Source: Candidatus Latescibacterota bacterium (GTDB taxonomy: Bacteria > Latescibacterota > UBA2968 > GCA-2709665). Taken from it: a stretch of 64,000 nt of DNA. The notes below the pieces were generated by a model. It searched no databases. It was not told the DNA's origin and saw only the letters and a list, made by a program, of their open reading frames with translations. The stretch is taken from assembly GCA_965219995.1 (NCBI GenBank), contig CBDCOX010000002.1, positions 896,001 through 960,000 of the forward strand. The letters run 5' to 3'. Of this stretch, positions 49,792 through 60,346 are shown piece after piece. The position numbers and the translations under genes are program-made. Every line of letters starts with the position of its first letter. The first letter of the stretch is position 1.

Positions 49792-52260
49792 TTAAAGCGT
49801 GCGTGCGGTTTCAACCTGTTCGTAGGCCTCGATCACGTCGCCGAGCTTGGTATCGTTGAAATTCTCCAGGCCGATACCGCATTCAAACCCGGACTGAACC
49901 TCCCTCACGTCGTCCTTGAACCTGCGCAGGGAACCGATCCGGCCCTCGTAGACCACGACATTGTCCCGCAGCACCCGCACCATGGCGCTTCGGGTCATTC
50001 TGCCGTCGGAGATGTAACACCCGGCGATGATTCCCACCCGGGGCACCTGGAATGTCTCACGTACCTCCGCGGAACCTACAATCTGTTCATCGATGTCCGG
50101 GGTAAGCAGCCCGGCAAGCGCCGCCTTGATGTCTTCAACCGCTTCGTAAATGACACGGTAGGAGCGAACATCTACCCGTTCCTGCGCAACCACCTCGCGC
50201 GCACGGACATCCGGCCGTACATTAAAGCCAATGATGATCGCATCCGAAGCGGAGGCGAGCAGGACGTCGGATTCGGAAACCGCGCCCACCCCGCGGTGGA
50301 TCACGTTGATCCGCACTTCGTCGCTGGGGATCTGCATCAGGGAATCGTGAAGCGCTTCCACGGAACCGTCGACGTCGCCCTTGAGAATCAGGCGCAATTC
50401 CTGGACCTGTCCGGCCTTGATCTGATCGTGAATGTCGACCAGGCTTACCCTCCGTATCCGGTGGGCCTCCCGCTCGCGTCGCAACAGTTGCCTCTTCTGG
50501 CTGATTTCCCTGGCGGTACGTTCGTTTTCCACCGAGTAGAAGGAATCTCCGGCCTGAGGAAGTCCGGACAGGCCGAGCACCTGAACCGGCACCGACGGGC
50601 CCGCTTCGGAGACCCGGTGTCCGCGCTCGTCGAGAAGCGCCCTCGCCCTGCCGCTGTAGAGCCCCGTGACGAACGTATCGCCCACTTTGAGCGTCCCCTC
50701 CTGCACCAGCACCGTTGCCACATTTCCCCGACCACGGTCCAGGCGCGCCTCCACAATGGCGCCCTTGGCGCGTTTGTCGGGGTTGGCCTTGAGCTCCAGC
50801 AGATCCGTTTCCAGGGCCAGTAATTCGAGCAGATCCTTTACGTTCTCGCCGGTCTTTGCGGATATTTCGCAGGACTGAACCTCGCCCCCGTACGCTTCGA
50901 GGATGACGTTGTGTTCCGTCAGTTGTCGCTTGATCCGATCCACATCCGCGCCTGGAAGGTCTATTTTGTTGATGGCAAGCACAATGGGCACGTCCGCTGC
51001 GCGCGCGTGGTCGATGGCTTCCACGGTCTGCGGCATGACGTTGTCGTCGGCCGCCACGATCAGGACAACCACGTCCGTCACCTGGGCTCCCCTGGCGCGC
51101 ATCGCGGTAAAGGCCTCGTGACCGGGTGTATCCAGAAATGTCACCATCCGGTCGTCGTTCAGTTTGACGTGATAAGCGCCGATATGCTGGGTGATGCCGC
51201 CCGCCTCGCCCGCGACCACGTTGGTATCGCGGACATAATCCAGCAGGGACGTCTTTCCGTGGTCCACATGACCCATTATGGTCACCACCGGCGGACGCGG
51301 CTTGAGATCGTCCGCCTCGTCTTCGTCTTCCCGCTCGAGCACGTCTTCCGCGAATTCCTGGAGCTCTTCGACCCCGATGCCGAACTCGTCGGCAACCAGG
51401 GTAATGGTATCCATATCCAGCCGCTGGTTGATGGTGACCATGAGCCCCAGCGTGAGACACTGTTTGATCACATCGGTCAGCGGAATGTCCATCAGTGTCG
51501 ACAGTTCGCCGACGGTGGTAAACTCGTTGACCTTGATGACGCGGTCGACCTCCACCTCGTCGTCGATCTCCCCGTCGTCTCTGCGCCGACGCCGGCGCGA
51601 CCGGGCCGTGCCGGTCTCCATCTGAGCCATCGTGCGACGCACGCTGGCCTCAATCTCCGTCTGGTCGGGAGCGGGTCTGCCTCGGCGGCGGCGGCGGCGC
51701 CTGCCGTCACCACGTTCGGGGGCGGGCTTTCCCCCCTTCTGCGATGTTTCGGCCTGCTTGCCCGGCCCTGCCGTGCTTGCAGCGTCGGCCGAAGGCTCTC
51801 GTCGCGCCGTATCGCGCCTCCGCCTGCGCGTTGCCTCGTCATCGCGAATTTCACGAATCTCGACAGCCTCGCGGACGGGCGTGGCAGGTCTGGGCTTGTC
51901 CGCAGCTTTGGATGCTGGCTTTTTCGCACGTCGCGCTTTGGCGGTCGCCGGTGTCTTCCGGTCGTCTTTTTCGGGTTCCTGACGCTGTTTTTTCTGAGCG
52001 GACTTGCGTTTGATTTCCTGTCGGGAGGCATTTCGCTCCTCCTCGAACTTGCCCTGGATACGTTCGAACATCTCCTTTGTACAAACAGCCATGTGGTTCT
52101 TGACATCGAATCCCAGGCCTCTGACCACGTCCACCATCGCAACACTGGAGAGGTTAAACTCCCGCGCAACCTCGTAGATTCGGCGTTTCTTGTCATCGGA
52201 GGATTCGGGTGACCCCTTAACCGTTCTTGGCGGCGCTTTTCTGATCATCTGCCGAGTCAC
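49792..52260 (-). CDS. infB: Translation initiation factor IF-2
   Basis: RPPVVTIMGHVDHGKTSLLD, DTPGHEAFTAMRARGA, SLRRFKDDV. Confidence 0.97.
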   Translation of the reverse strand: MTRQMIRKAPPRTVKGSPESSDDKKRRIYEVAREFNLSSVAMVDVVRGLGFDVKNHMAVCTKEMFERIQGKFEEERNASRQEIKRKSAQKKQRQEPEKDDRKTPATAKARRAKKPASKAADKPRPATPVREAVEIREIRDDEATRRRRRDTARREPSADAASTAGPGKQAETSQKGGKPAPERGDGRRRRRRRGRPAPDQTEIEASVRRTMAQMETGTARSRRRRRRDDGEIDDEVEVDRVIKVNEFTTVGELSTLMDIPLTDVIKQCLTLGLMVTINQRLDMDTITLVADEFGIGVEELQEFAEDVLEREDEDEADDLKPRPPVVTIMGHVDHGKTSLLDYVRDTNVVAGEAGGITQHIGAYHVKLNDDRMVTFLDTPGHEAFTAMRARGAQVTDVVVLIVAADDNVMPQTVEAIDHARAADVPIVLAINKIDLPGADVDRIKRQLTEHNVILEAYGGEVQSCEISAKTGENVKDLLELLALETDLLELKANPDKRAKGAIVEARLDRGRGNVATVLVQEGTLKVGDTFVTGLYSGRARALLDERGHRVSEAGPSVPVQVLGLSGLPQAGDSFYSVENERTAREISQKRQLLRREREAHRIRRVSLVDIHDQIKAGQVQELRLILKGDVDGSVEALHDSLMQIPSDEVRINVIHRGVGAVSESDVLLASASDAIIIGFNVRPDVRAREVVAQERVDVRSYRVIYEAVEDIKAALAGLLTPDIDEQIVGSAEVRETFQVPRVGIIAGCYISDGRMTRSAMVRVLRDNVVVYEGRIGSLRRFKDDVREVQSGFECGIGLENFNDTKLGDVIEAYEQVETARTL

Positions 52261-53756
52261 CTCCCCTCAATCCCGGATGCGTCGCCGACCTGATCCTCTT
52301 CCGGTGCCGACGCCTCCACCGATGCGTCTTCTTCCGGAATTTCGACGCCCTCATCCTCAACCGGCTCTTCGCCGGCTTCTTCCTCGGCTGCAGCGGCCGC
52401 TTCGGCTTCTTCTTCGGCGAGTCGTGCCGCTTCGGCTTCCTCTTCGGCGAGTCGCGCCGCTTCCTCGGCCCGCTGCCGTTCCAGTTCCTCGCGGTAAGCC
52501 TGGACCTTGACCGATACGACCTCATCAGCCGCGCCCTGGATCTTTGCGCCGGTGGACTCCCCGATTCCGGGCACGTCGAGCAACCGGACGAGCGAGACAT
52601 CCACAAGGTCGTTGGCGGACTGTATTCCCGCAGCTTCGAGACGTTCGAGCATTACTTTGCCCACGCCGGCGACTTCCGTTAACGGAACAAACGTCGCTGC
52701 GCGTTCGTCCTGCAGTTCCTGGAACCGGGTCTCGGTGATAATGTCGACCTTCCATCCGGTCAGTTGGGCGGCAAGTCGGGCGTTCTGCCCCGATTTGCCA
52801 ATGGCGAGCGACAACTGGTCGTCGTCGACGATCGCCGTCATCGTGGTCTTGTTTCGATCGACCACCACGCGTTTGACCGTGGCGGGGCTGAGCGCACGGG
52901 ATAGAAAGATGGCTTCGTCGTCGCTCCAGGGCACGATGTCGATGCGCTCGTTGCTCAATTCCCGAACGACCGCCTGAACCCTGGATCCTTTCATCCCCAC
53001 GCAGGCGCCGACCGGATCGATGCGGGCGTCGTTCGAATACACCGCGATCTTCGCCCGCTCTCCAGGTTCGCGGGCGACGGCCTTGATTTCGATGATGCCC
53101 TCATAGATTTCAGGTACCTCGAACTGAAACAGCTTTACCAGAAACTGCGGGTGCGTTCGGGAAAGGACGACCTGCGGCCCCTTCGACGTGCGAAGGACGT
53201 TAACCAGATAGGCACGAATGGGATCTCCCTGGCGGTAGCGCTCCTTGCGAATCTGCTCCTTGAGCGGAATGACCGCCTCCGTGCGCCCCAGGTTAATCAG
53301 AATATCGCCGTGGCTGATCTGCTGGACGGTGCCGCTGATGATTTCGCCGATTCGACTCTGATAGTCCTCGTAGATTTTCTCGCGCTCTGCCTCCCGAACC
53401 CGCTGGATGAGGATCTGCTTGGTGGACTGAATGGCGTTACGGCCGAAATCGGCAAACCTGAGCAACTCCCTGATTTCCCCGTTGACTTTGACGCCGGGTT
53501 CGATCTCGCGGGCTGCGGTGAGTCCGATCTGCAGGGCGGGATCTTCGACCTCCTCGTCTCCGACGACGGACTTGGTGGCAAAGACCTCGATATTGCCGGA
53601 GTTGACGTCGATATTCACCTCGACGTTGTCCGACGTGCCGAACCGTCTCTTGGTTGCGGAGAGCAGCCCGATTTCCAGGGTTTCGATCACGAGCGCCCTG
53701 TCAACGTTTTTTTCCTGGGCAATCTGGCCCAGCGCCTCAAGGACTTCGTAGTTCAA
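52257..53756 (-). CDS. nusA: Transcription termination/antitermination protein NusA with HhH domain and acidic tail
   Basis: FGR.AIQ..KQ, EVPEI, AREPGERAK, DPVGACVGMKGSRV, AIGKSGQNARLA. Confidence 0.97.
   Translation of the reverse strand: MNYEVLEALGQIAQEKNVDRALVIETLEIGLLSATKRRFGTSDNVEVNIDVNSGNIEVFATKSVVGDEEVEDPALQIGLTAAREIEPGVKVNGEIRELLRFADFGRNAIQSTKQILIQRVREAEREKIYEDYQSRIGEIISGTVQQISHGDILINLGRTEAVIPLKEQIRKERYRQGDPIRAYLVNVLRTSKGPQVVLSRTHPQFLVKLFQFEVPEIYEGIIEIKAVAREPGERAKIAVYSNDARIDPVGACVGMKGSRVQAVVRELSNERIDIVPWSDDEAIFLSRALSPATVKRVVVDRNKTTMTAIVDDDQLSLAIGKSGQNARLAAQLTGWKVDIITETRFQELQDERAATFVPLTEVAGVGKVMLERLEAAGIQSANDLVDVSLVRLLDVPGIGESTGAKIQGAADEVVSVKVQAYREELERQRAEEAARLAEEEAEAARLAEEEAEAAAAAEEEAGEEPVEDEGVEIPEEDASVEASAPEEDQVGDASGIEGR
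52401..52460. repeat. Two-copy 30-bp in-frame tandem repeat in the nusA tail
   Basis: ttcggcttcYtcttcggcgagtcgYgccgc x2, encoding AARLAEEEAE. Confidence 0.85.
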
Positions 53757-53768
53757 AAGAACATCTCC

Positions 53769-54218
53769 TCAGAATTCGAAATGGAGGTTGGCTTTTCTGA
53801 CGTCGGCGACCGGAACGACCTGAATCCGGCCGTCGATCTTGAATACTAGCTCCGCCCCGTCGTATCGCGTGAGGTGACCGACAAGCACGCGCCCGCCTTC
53901 CAGTATGACCTTGACGGCCCGGCCGACGGCTCGCTTGTAGTCACGGTCGGACTTGAGCAGCCGGTCGAGACCGGGCGAAGAAACCTCAAGGACGTAGCGC
54001 CCGCTGATCGGATCGTGAGTATCCAGAACATCCGCGATACCGCGGCTGAGGCGCGCGCATTCATCCACGGTGATGCCGTCTGTTCGATCCACGTCGATGC
54101 GCAGTGTTCTGTTCCGGAGACTGCCCGAAAGTTGCAGATCGACCAGGTCCGCGCCCTGGTACTTCAGATAGGGCACGATCAGCGCTTCGATGGATTCCTG
54201 CAAAGCCGGGTCGTCCAT
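53769..54218 (-). CDS. rimP: Ribosome maturation factor RimP
   Basis: LRIDVD..DGITVDEC, YVLEVSSPGLDRLL. Confidence 0.93.
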   Translation of the reverse strand: MDDPALQESIEALIVPYLKYQGADLVDLQLSGSLRNRTLRIDVDRTDGITVDECARLSRGIADVLDTHDPISGRYVLEVSSPGLDRLLKSDRDYKRAVGRAVKVILEGGRVLVGHLTRYDGAELVFKIDGRIQVVPVADVRKANLHFEF

Positions 54219-54251
54219 AATCCGAAAATGCAACTTTAGGTCCAGATATTC

Positions 54252-54276
54252 AAAAGAGCGGGCACCCGCCCACTCT
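54252..54276 (-). terminator. rimP-nusA leader hairpin/attenuator
   Basis: Minus strand AGAGTGGGC-GGGT-GCCCGCTCT-TTT between the promoter and rimP; resembles leader hairpins of rimP-nusA operons. Confidence 0.65.
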
Positions 54277-54293
54277 CGCTGTTCAGAAAAATA

Positions 54294-54322
54294 AATATAT
54301 GGTATTTCACACTATAGCGCAA
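54294..54322 (-). promoter_or_regulatory. Sigma70-type promoter of the rimP-nusA-infB operon
   Basis: Minus strand TTGCGC, 17-bp spacer, TATATT. Confidence 0.6.
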
Positions 54323-54348
54323 GCATTAATTTCCGGACAGACCCCCTC

Positions 54349-54711
54349 TTATCGCCGTCCTTCGACCAGGTTCCTGAGTTGCCCGAGCATTTCACGCAAC
54401 TCGTCCACGATCTCTTCGAGCTCCCTCGGCGGACTCGACGCGGCCGCGGGCTTGCCGACCGCCGAATCTCTCCACAAAGAGGGGTCTTCCCTGAGCCGCT
54501 CGCGGGCGCCTTTCAGCGTGTACTTTTCATCCTGTCTCAGATGTTTGATGGCCAGTACGACTCTGAGGTCGCGCTCCCGGTATAACCGGTTTCCGGAACG
54601 TCCCCGCCGGGGCCGGAGCATGGGAAATTCCTTCTCCCAATAGCGCAGAACCTGCGCTTCGATACCGGTTTCTTCAGCCACTTCACGGATGGAATAGTAG
54701 ATCTTCTTCAT
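54349..54711 (-). CDS. MerR-family transcriptional regulator
   Basis: YYSIREVA...GI...VLRYWEKEFP.LRP.R...GNRLY, YTLKGA. Confidence 0.9.
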   Translation of the reverse strand: MKKIYYSIREVAEETGIEAQVLRYWEKEFPMLRPRRGRSGNRLYRERDLRVVLAIKHLRQDEKYTLKGARERLREDPSLWRDSAVGKPAAASSPPRELEEIVDELREMLGQLRNLVEGRR

Positions 54712-54717
54712 TGTATA

Positions 54718-56037
54718 TCATCGCTTTTTCTTGAATAAGATACGTACCGGAGTTCCCTTCAGATCGAAACGTTCCCGCAAGCGGCGTTCGAGATAACGCC
54801 GGTAGTGTTCCGGTACGTCCCCCGGTCTGGTGGTAAAGAAAATCACCGTGGGCGGTTCGACAACGGGTTGAACGCAATAGTACATCTTCGACGCCCGACC
54901 CCTGCGGGTGGGCGGCGGATGGGTGGCGTTGACTTCCTCGAGAAACCGGTTCAGGGCGGAAGTGGCAATGCGCAGACGCCGTTTGTCGTATATCTCGAGC
55001 GCGGTCTCCAGAATCTTCCAGGCGCGCTGGCCGGATAGCGCGGAAACGAAAAAGACCGGAAAGTCTCTCAGCGAGGGAAACCGGCCGATTATATCCCGTG
55101 CATACACGATCGCCGTCTTGTCGTCTTTGTCGATCAGATCCCACTTGTTCATCGCCAGCAGCGCGCCCTTGCCCATTTCGGCCGCGTCGCCGAGTATCTT
55201 CACATCCTGAAGCGTGATCCCTTCTTCCGCATCGGCAATGACGACGGCGACGTCGCACCGCTCCAGGCTCGTCCTGGTGCGAACCGTGCTGTAATACTCG
55301 ACCTGCTCTTTCACCTTCGTGCGCCTCCGAAGTCCCGCGGTATCGATCAGCAGGAAATCGCGGCCGTTTCGCTTCATCGGCAGATCGATCGCATCGCGTG
55401 TCGTGCCGGGAATCGGGCTGACCACCATCCGATCTTCACCGGCCAGCCGATTGATGAAGGTGGACTTGCCCACGTTGGGTCGGCCGACCACCGCAATGCG
55501 CGGCACGCCTGCGTCTTCTTCAGGATCAGGTTCGGTTTCCGGAATGAGCGCGACCACCTCGTCCAGGAGGTCTCCCGACTTGCGCCCGCTCAGCGCCGAT
55601 ACGGGCACGGGCTCGCCAAGGGCCAGACCGTAGAAGCCGGTAACGTCCGGTTCATCGCGTTCCGAATCCACTTTGTTCACAACCGGCAGGCAGGGTGTCC
55701 CGTTCACCCGTACCAGGCGGGCGATGGCGGCATCATCGTCCGTGGGGCCTGTCCTCGCGTCCATGACCAGAATGATCACATCCGCTTCGGCCACGGCCAC
55801 CTCCACCTGATCCCCCACGGACTGCGCAATTCCCGCGTCAGGATTGATCGTATAGCCTCCGGTATCCACCAGCGTGAAAACCCGGCGGTTCCAGGCGACC
55901 TCCGCATAGTTTCGGTCTCGTGTCACCCCGGGAAAGTCGTCGACCACGGCCCGCCGGTGGCCCAGAAACCGATTGAAGAGTGTGGACTTCCCCACGTTGG
56001 GTCGTCCAACGATCGCAACAACACGTCGCTTCGGCAA
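54718..56037 (-). CDS. der: Ribosome biogenesis GTPase Der
   Basis: Two GRPNVGKST G-domains, PGVTRDR, DTAGLRR, NKWD. Confidence 0.96.
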   Translation of the reverse strand: MPKRRVVAIVGRPNVGKSTLFNRFLGHRRAVVDDFPGVTRDRNYAEVAWNRRVFTLVDTGGYTINPDAGIAQSVGDQVEVAVAEADVIILVMDARTGPTDDDAAIARLVRVNGTPCLPVVNKVDSERDEPDVTGFYGLALGEPVPVSALSGRKSGDLLDEVVALIPETEPDPEEDAGVPRIAVVGRPNVGKSTFINRLAGEDRMVVSPIPGTTRDAIDLPMKRNGRDFLLIDTAGLRRRTKVKEQVEYYSTVRTRTSLERCDVAVVIADAEEGITLQDVKILGDAAEMGKGALLAMNKWDLIDKDDKTAIVYARDIIGRFPSLRDFPVFFVSALSGQRAWKILETALEIYDKRRLRIATSALNRFLEEVNATHPPPTRRGRASKMYYCVQPVVEPPTVIFFTTRPGDVPEHYRRYLERRLRERFDLKGTPVRILFKKKR

Positions 56038-56062
56038 GTGGGCAACTCCGGTGCGTGCCGCG

Positions 56063-57478
56063 TCAGGCCACCTGATGCGGCAGAATGTACGGATGCGGCG
56101 AACCCGTCAGGTCGTCGTCGGATCCCGCGGGGACATCCCCCCGCGCGGCCTGCGCCGCCGTGTCCGCGAGATCGTAGGTGCCGACCAGGACCCTGCGTTT
56201 CAGGGCGCTTTGCAGGTCGGCGGGGGTCAGGTCGTCGAGAAACAGTCCGTGATGGCTCACACAGTTGGGAGGCAGGATCACCAGATCGGTTTCACGCCAC
56301 CGGGACTTCAGCGCGTCCAGCATGTCCTGGCCGGTCAACAGTCCTGATACCGTAATGCCCTCACCCAGAAAGCGGTTCTTCACCTCCACGACGCGCACCG
56401 ACATCCATGGGATGCGGTTCAGGCGCTTCGCCATCGGCCGGATGAACCCCGCGCCCAGAACACTTGTGACCAGCGTTATCGAGATCCGTCCGGACTTCAG
56501 CGATTCCAGCGCGGGCATTCCCGCCTCGAAGCGGTCGGTGAAACGCCGCACCATTCCCACGCCGTTCTCTACGAGCGGAAAGCCGTCGTAGTGTGCGGCT
56601 TCCGGGACCCCCCGGCCCGCCATCAGATAGAATTCGTCTCCGAAATAGACGAAATTGACGCCAAACTTCCGGTGGAACTGCCGCTGCCACGCCGACGCCT
56701 GATCCAGGCACTCCACGGCGACTTCCGGCGTTACCGGGTCCAGGCGGGGCAGGTTCTGACGGTATCGGGTCAGCCCAAGCGGAACGATGCCGACGGATTC
56801 CACGGCCGGGTACCATCGCGCCAGGTCGTAAACCGTGCGTTTGAGGTGCTGACCGTCGTTCAGTCCCGGGCACAGAACGACCTGCGCGTGCATCCGGATG
56901 CCGTGACTCGCCAGGAAATCGATACGCTCCATCACGTCCACCGGCTCCGTCCGTCCCAGAAGCGTCGCCCTGAGGTCCGGATCGGTCGCATGGACGGAGA
57001 TGTACATGGGGCTTAGACGCTGTTCGACGATCCTGCGAAATTCCTCTTCCGAAAGGTTCGTGAGGGTGACGTACGCGCCATGGAGGAACGAGAGCCGGTA
57101 GTCGTCGTCCTGGTAGTAGAGAGTCTTGCGCATCCTCTTGGGCATCTGGTGGAGAAAACAGAATACACATTTGTTATTGCACTTGATGATGGGCATCTCC
57201 GACAATGTCACGCCCAGGTCGTCGTCCGGCTCCTTTTCGACGTCCACCACAACGACGTCATCCCCCCGCCGGAGGACCACCTCCACCGTCTCTTCCGCGA
57301 CGTGGAAGCGGTAGTCGATCGGATCGCGTACGGGTTCGCCGTTGATGGATTCGATGACGTCTCCGGGCCGGATGCCAACGGCCTCTCCAATCCCTCCGGA
57401 GGCGACCGACTCAACACCGAGACCTGCGATTGCTTCGTCGACCTGAGGCCGACCCTCCACCTGACCTGATTTCTTCAT
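56063..57478 (-). CDS. DUF512 PDZ/radical SAM Fe-S protein
   Basis: N-terminal PDZ-like segment, CNNKCVFC, DDDYRLSFLHG.YVTLTN, QVVLCPG.NDG, ENGVGM. Confidence 0.9.
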   Translation of the reverse strand: MKKSGQVEGRPQVDEAIAGLGVESVASGGIGEAVGIRPGDVIESINGEPVRDPIDYRFHVAEETVEVVLRRGDDVVVVDVEKEPDDDLGVTLSEMPIIKCNNKCVFCFLHQMPKRMRKTLYYQDDDYRLSFLHGAYVTLTNLSEEEFRRIVEQRLSPMYISVHATDPDLRATLLGRTEPVDVMERIDFLASHGIRMHAQVVLCPGLNDGQHLKRTVYDLARWYPAVESVGIVPLGLTRYRQNLPRLDPVTPEVAVECLDQASAWQRQFHRKFGVNFVYFGDEFYLMAGRGVPEAAHYDGFPLVENGVGMVRRFTDRFEAGMPALESLKSGRISITLVTSVLGAGFIRPMAKRLNRIPWMSVRVVEVKNRFLGEGITVSGLLTGQDMLDALKSRWRETDLVILPPNCVSHHGLFLDDLTPADLQSALKRRVLVGTYDLADTAAQAARGDVPAGSDDDLTGSPHPYILPHQVA

Positions 57479-57671
57479 TTGACTTTATATGTAATTGTTA
57501 GAGAATAAAGTGCGTAATATACTTAACCCATCACTTTGAAGTTAAGACAATTGGCGAAAACGTCAAGAAAAATGTGGCGATCCTCCAGCGCGGTCCGATC
57601 CCACGGGCATCGACGGACACGGGTCGCTATCATGAAATTCTTCGTTCGCCCGTAAGAACCCGACCCCGCCT

Positions 57672-58214
57672 TCAACGATCCGGAATGGACAACAGCCCGG
57701 GCCTGGCGGCGCCGACCTCGTTCTGGATTTCAGGGTCGAGGTCGATGGCGCGATGGAGGGTCTTCGCGCGAACCAGCTGGCGGGCCGTCAGTCCCTCGGC
57801 TCCCGTAAACGTGGTACTGCGCAAGTCCGTGTTGCAAAACACGGCGTCTTCGAGATCCGCCTCCTTAAGCGAGCCCTCGCTGAGATCGCAGTCGGTGAAA
57901 TCGGCGCCGGCAAGGACCGCCCCATAGAGATTCACGCAGTTCAGATTCGCCCGGCGGAAGGTGGCATTCCGCAGATAGGCGTCGCTCAGGTCCGTATGGT
58001 CCAGTACGGTGCGGTCGAAGTTGGCACGGACGAGCGTGGCCGAACTGAGATTCTCGTAACTCAGGTCCATGCCGCTGAAATCCACGCCGCTGAGTTCTTC
58101 GTAGCTGAAATCGGCGCCGGACAGATCGGGCGTGAGGCCGGGATTGTCGGCCCGCCAGCCGTTCCACGTTTGGACGCTTTTCCGGATGAGGTTCAGATGA
58201 TTCGGATCGGCCAT
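57672..58214 (-). CDS. Pentapeptide repeat protein
   Basis: WNGWR..NP...PDLSGADF followed by A(D/N)Lxx repeats. Confidence 0.9.
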   Translation of the reverse strand: MADPNHLNLIRKSVQTWNGWRADNPGLTPDLSGADFSYEELSGVDFSGMDLSYENLSSATLVRANFDRTVLDHTDLSDAYLRNATFRRANLNCVNLYGAVLAGADFTDCDLSEGSLKEADLEDAVFCNTDLRSTTFTGAEGLTARQLVRAKTLHRAIDLDPEIQNEVGAARPGLLSIPDR

Positions 58215-58247
58215 TCAAGTACCTGCCATAGCGCGTCTTCCCGGCGT

Positions 58248-59156
58248 TCACGTTGTGAGCGTGTTGACGAAATGGCTCACAAAGCGCTCCGAATCCACGC
58301 GCACGCATACCTCGGCGTTGGACTCGATCGCATCCGAACGGATCGGAACCGTTGCGCCGTTGAGCCGATCGGAACGCGTTTCGACATGGATGGCGCGGGA
58401 CCGCGTTTCGCAGATCCCGGGATCGAAAACCATTGCCACGGCCAGCGGATCGTGCAGAATGGGATGCTCCCTTCCGGAATCCTCGCGCCACAATTGGATA
58501 AGATCGAAGCAGAGGCGGTTGATGGTCCTGTCCACCAATCCGATCGCTTCTACCTGTGCGGCGCTAAGGCGGCATTTTTCGGTGACGTCGAGGCCCACCA
58601 TGGTGATCGGCACACCGGCGCCAAAAACGACGTGAGCGGCTTCGGGGTCGCAGAAGATGTTCCACTCCGCCCTCAACCGACCCACGCATCCTCCCATCAG
58701 GCAAATTGTCGTCTTCTCCGCAAGGCGAGGCTCCAGGGTGAAGGCGGCGGCGATATTCGTCAGCGGGCCTATCGGTACGAGCGTAATGTCGCCATCGCCG
58801 CTCATAATCGTATCGACAATGAAGTCCACGGCACGGCCCGCCGCGGGCCCGGCGGTTCCGGGGTACCGCCGAATGGCCTCCATCTGACGCGGCCGATGCG
58901 ACTCTATTGCCGCCCGGCCTTTGGCGTGCGAATCGAACAGCGGCTTCCCGGTACCCGCGAACACGGGAACGTCTCCCCTGCCGAGCGTGTCCAGGACGCA
59001 GCAAGCCAGCTCGGCCCGACGCGTCGTATCCCGGAAGACGGTGGTGACGCCAACGAGCTCGATCTGCCCGCAAAGCAACGCAAACGTCAGCGCGAGCGCG
59101 TCGTCAACGTCGTCTCCGATATCCGTATCGAGGATGATCTTCTTCATCCGTTTCAC
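58248..59156 (-). CDS. Nucleoside hydrolase (IUNH family)
   Basis: DTDIGDDVDDA, IGPLTNIA, MGG, EWNI.CDPEAA, LHDPLA. Confidence 0.92.
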   Translation of the reverse strand: MKRMKKIILDTDIGDDVDDALALTFALLCGQIELVGVTTVFRDTTRRAELACCVLDTLGRGDVPVFAGTGKPLFDSHAKGRAAIESHRPRQMEAIRRYPGTAGPAAGRAVDFIVDTIMSGDGDITLVPIGPLTNIAAAFTLEPRLAEKTTICLMGGCVGRLRAEWNIFCDPEAAHVVFGAGVPITMVGLDVTEKCRLSAAQVEAIGLVDRTINRLCFDLIQLWREDSGREHPILHDPLAVAMVFDPGICETRSRAIHVETRSDRLNGATVPIRSDAIESNAEVCVRVDSERFVSHFVNTLTT

Positions 59157-59307
59157 TCTCCTTCAAGTCGTGCTGCTGGATCCGACAGCGCCCAACCTGC
59201 TAAAACGTGGTCATTGAGCTTGTCGAAATGCCCGTGCGGCGGTATCCCTTCATTATCTCGTCTTTCCCCTGTGAGATCCCCATGATCATCCGCGCCCAAG
59301 TGCATTT

Positions 59308-59332
59308 GTAGGGGCGACCCTTGTGGTCGCCC
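59308..59332 (+). repeat. GTAG-type REP-like palindrome
   Basis: GTAG-GGGCGACC-CTTGT-GGTCGCCC. Confidence 0.65.
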
Positions 59333-59359
59333 TGGTTGTGACAGAATGCCCGCGTTTCG

Positions 59360-60076
59360 CTATCCCTTCGCCCTCCCATTGGCGCCGGCGACTATTCGCG
59401 ACGGATCCCCTATCAGGTCAACTGGATTATCCGCGTCCACCGGCCGCGCGCCGATTTCAAACAGGTGTGCATTGTCCGTCGACGCCAGTGCGAACACCGG
59501 TTTCCCGTCTCTGATCGCCTCGCGGCACAGCGCCTCGATCTTTCCGCCTGCTTCCGCATGGGCAATCAGAAGGGTATCTGCAAGCGCGGCAACCCGTGCG
59601 TTTCGTTCGGTTGCGGCAGCTACCGTGGGACGATGTACTTGATCATCGAAGAAGGACAGAATCGCGAGGCGGCCGTCATCGAGTGCCGGATTCCATATCT
59701 TTAATATCCGCATCCTGCCAAATCCTCGGGCCGGACAGACGACCAGACGCGCAGGTCCTGGCAACAGGATGTATAGAAGCTCCTTTTCCATAGGAGACTG
59801 AAACCCGCCCACAATCGTCACGTAGGTATCACGTATCGCCCGCGCGAGGTCGTACGTCTTCAGAATCGGATCGCCCGGGCACCGAATCGAACAGAAGAAA
59901 CCGATCAACCGTCCCCGTAGAATCCGTGGATCCCCCAAGAACGCGGCCGGCGCCTCTCCCCCGGCGCTGATGGCTCGCCTCAACGCCGCCGGCATATCCG
60001 GCGCATCTTTGGTGTAGCGTCTGATCTTCGTCTCGGAAAATCCCAATTGCCACCCGGACCGATTGTCTATTGGCAA
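59360..60076 (-). CDS. Short DprA/SMF-like Rossmann-fold protein
   Basis: GFFCSIRCPG, GGFQSPMEKE, CPARG, RNARVAALAD..LIAHA..GGK; start uncertain. Confidence 0.7.
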   Translation of the reverse strand: MPIDNRSGWQLGFSETKIRRYTKDAPDMPAALRRAISAGGEAPAAFLGDPRILRGRLIGFFCSIRCPGDPILKTYDLARAIRDTYVTIVGGFQSPMEKELLYILLPGPARLVVCPARGFGRMRILKIWNPALDDGRLAILSFFDDQVHRPTVAAATERNARVAALADTLLIAHAEAGGKIEALCREAIRDGKPVFALASTDNAHLFEIGARPVDADNPVDLIGDPSRIVAGANGRAKG

Positions 60077-60220
60077 CGAAAGGCCACCAACTCGGTGAAC
60101 TGTCCGTGTCGAAATTCCTATTCGGTAGCGCCAGGCGGTTCATCCCAACGACACGCCATCACTCCCCCGTACTTCACACCATTGACCTGGCACCCTGAGC
60201 CGCTTCCTGAGCATGCCGTC

Positions 60221-60346
60221 CCCTGAGCTTGTCGAAGGGTCGAAGGGTCGGCGAAGGGTCATTGAGGCACCGAAACGCGGGCGCTTCGACAAGCCAACGG
60301 CACCCTCACCCGGCGCTCCGCGCCACCCTCTCCCATAGGGAGAGGG
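60221..60346. repeat. Cluster of REP-like palindromic elements
   Basis: GCTTGTCGAAG (60227) is inverted to CTTCGACAAGC (60284); hairpin CCCTCTCCC-ATA-GGGAGAGGG (60326-60346); related GGTCATTGAGCTTGTCGAA at 59209. Confidence 0.6.
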
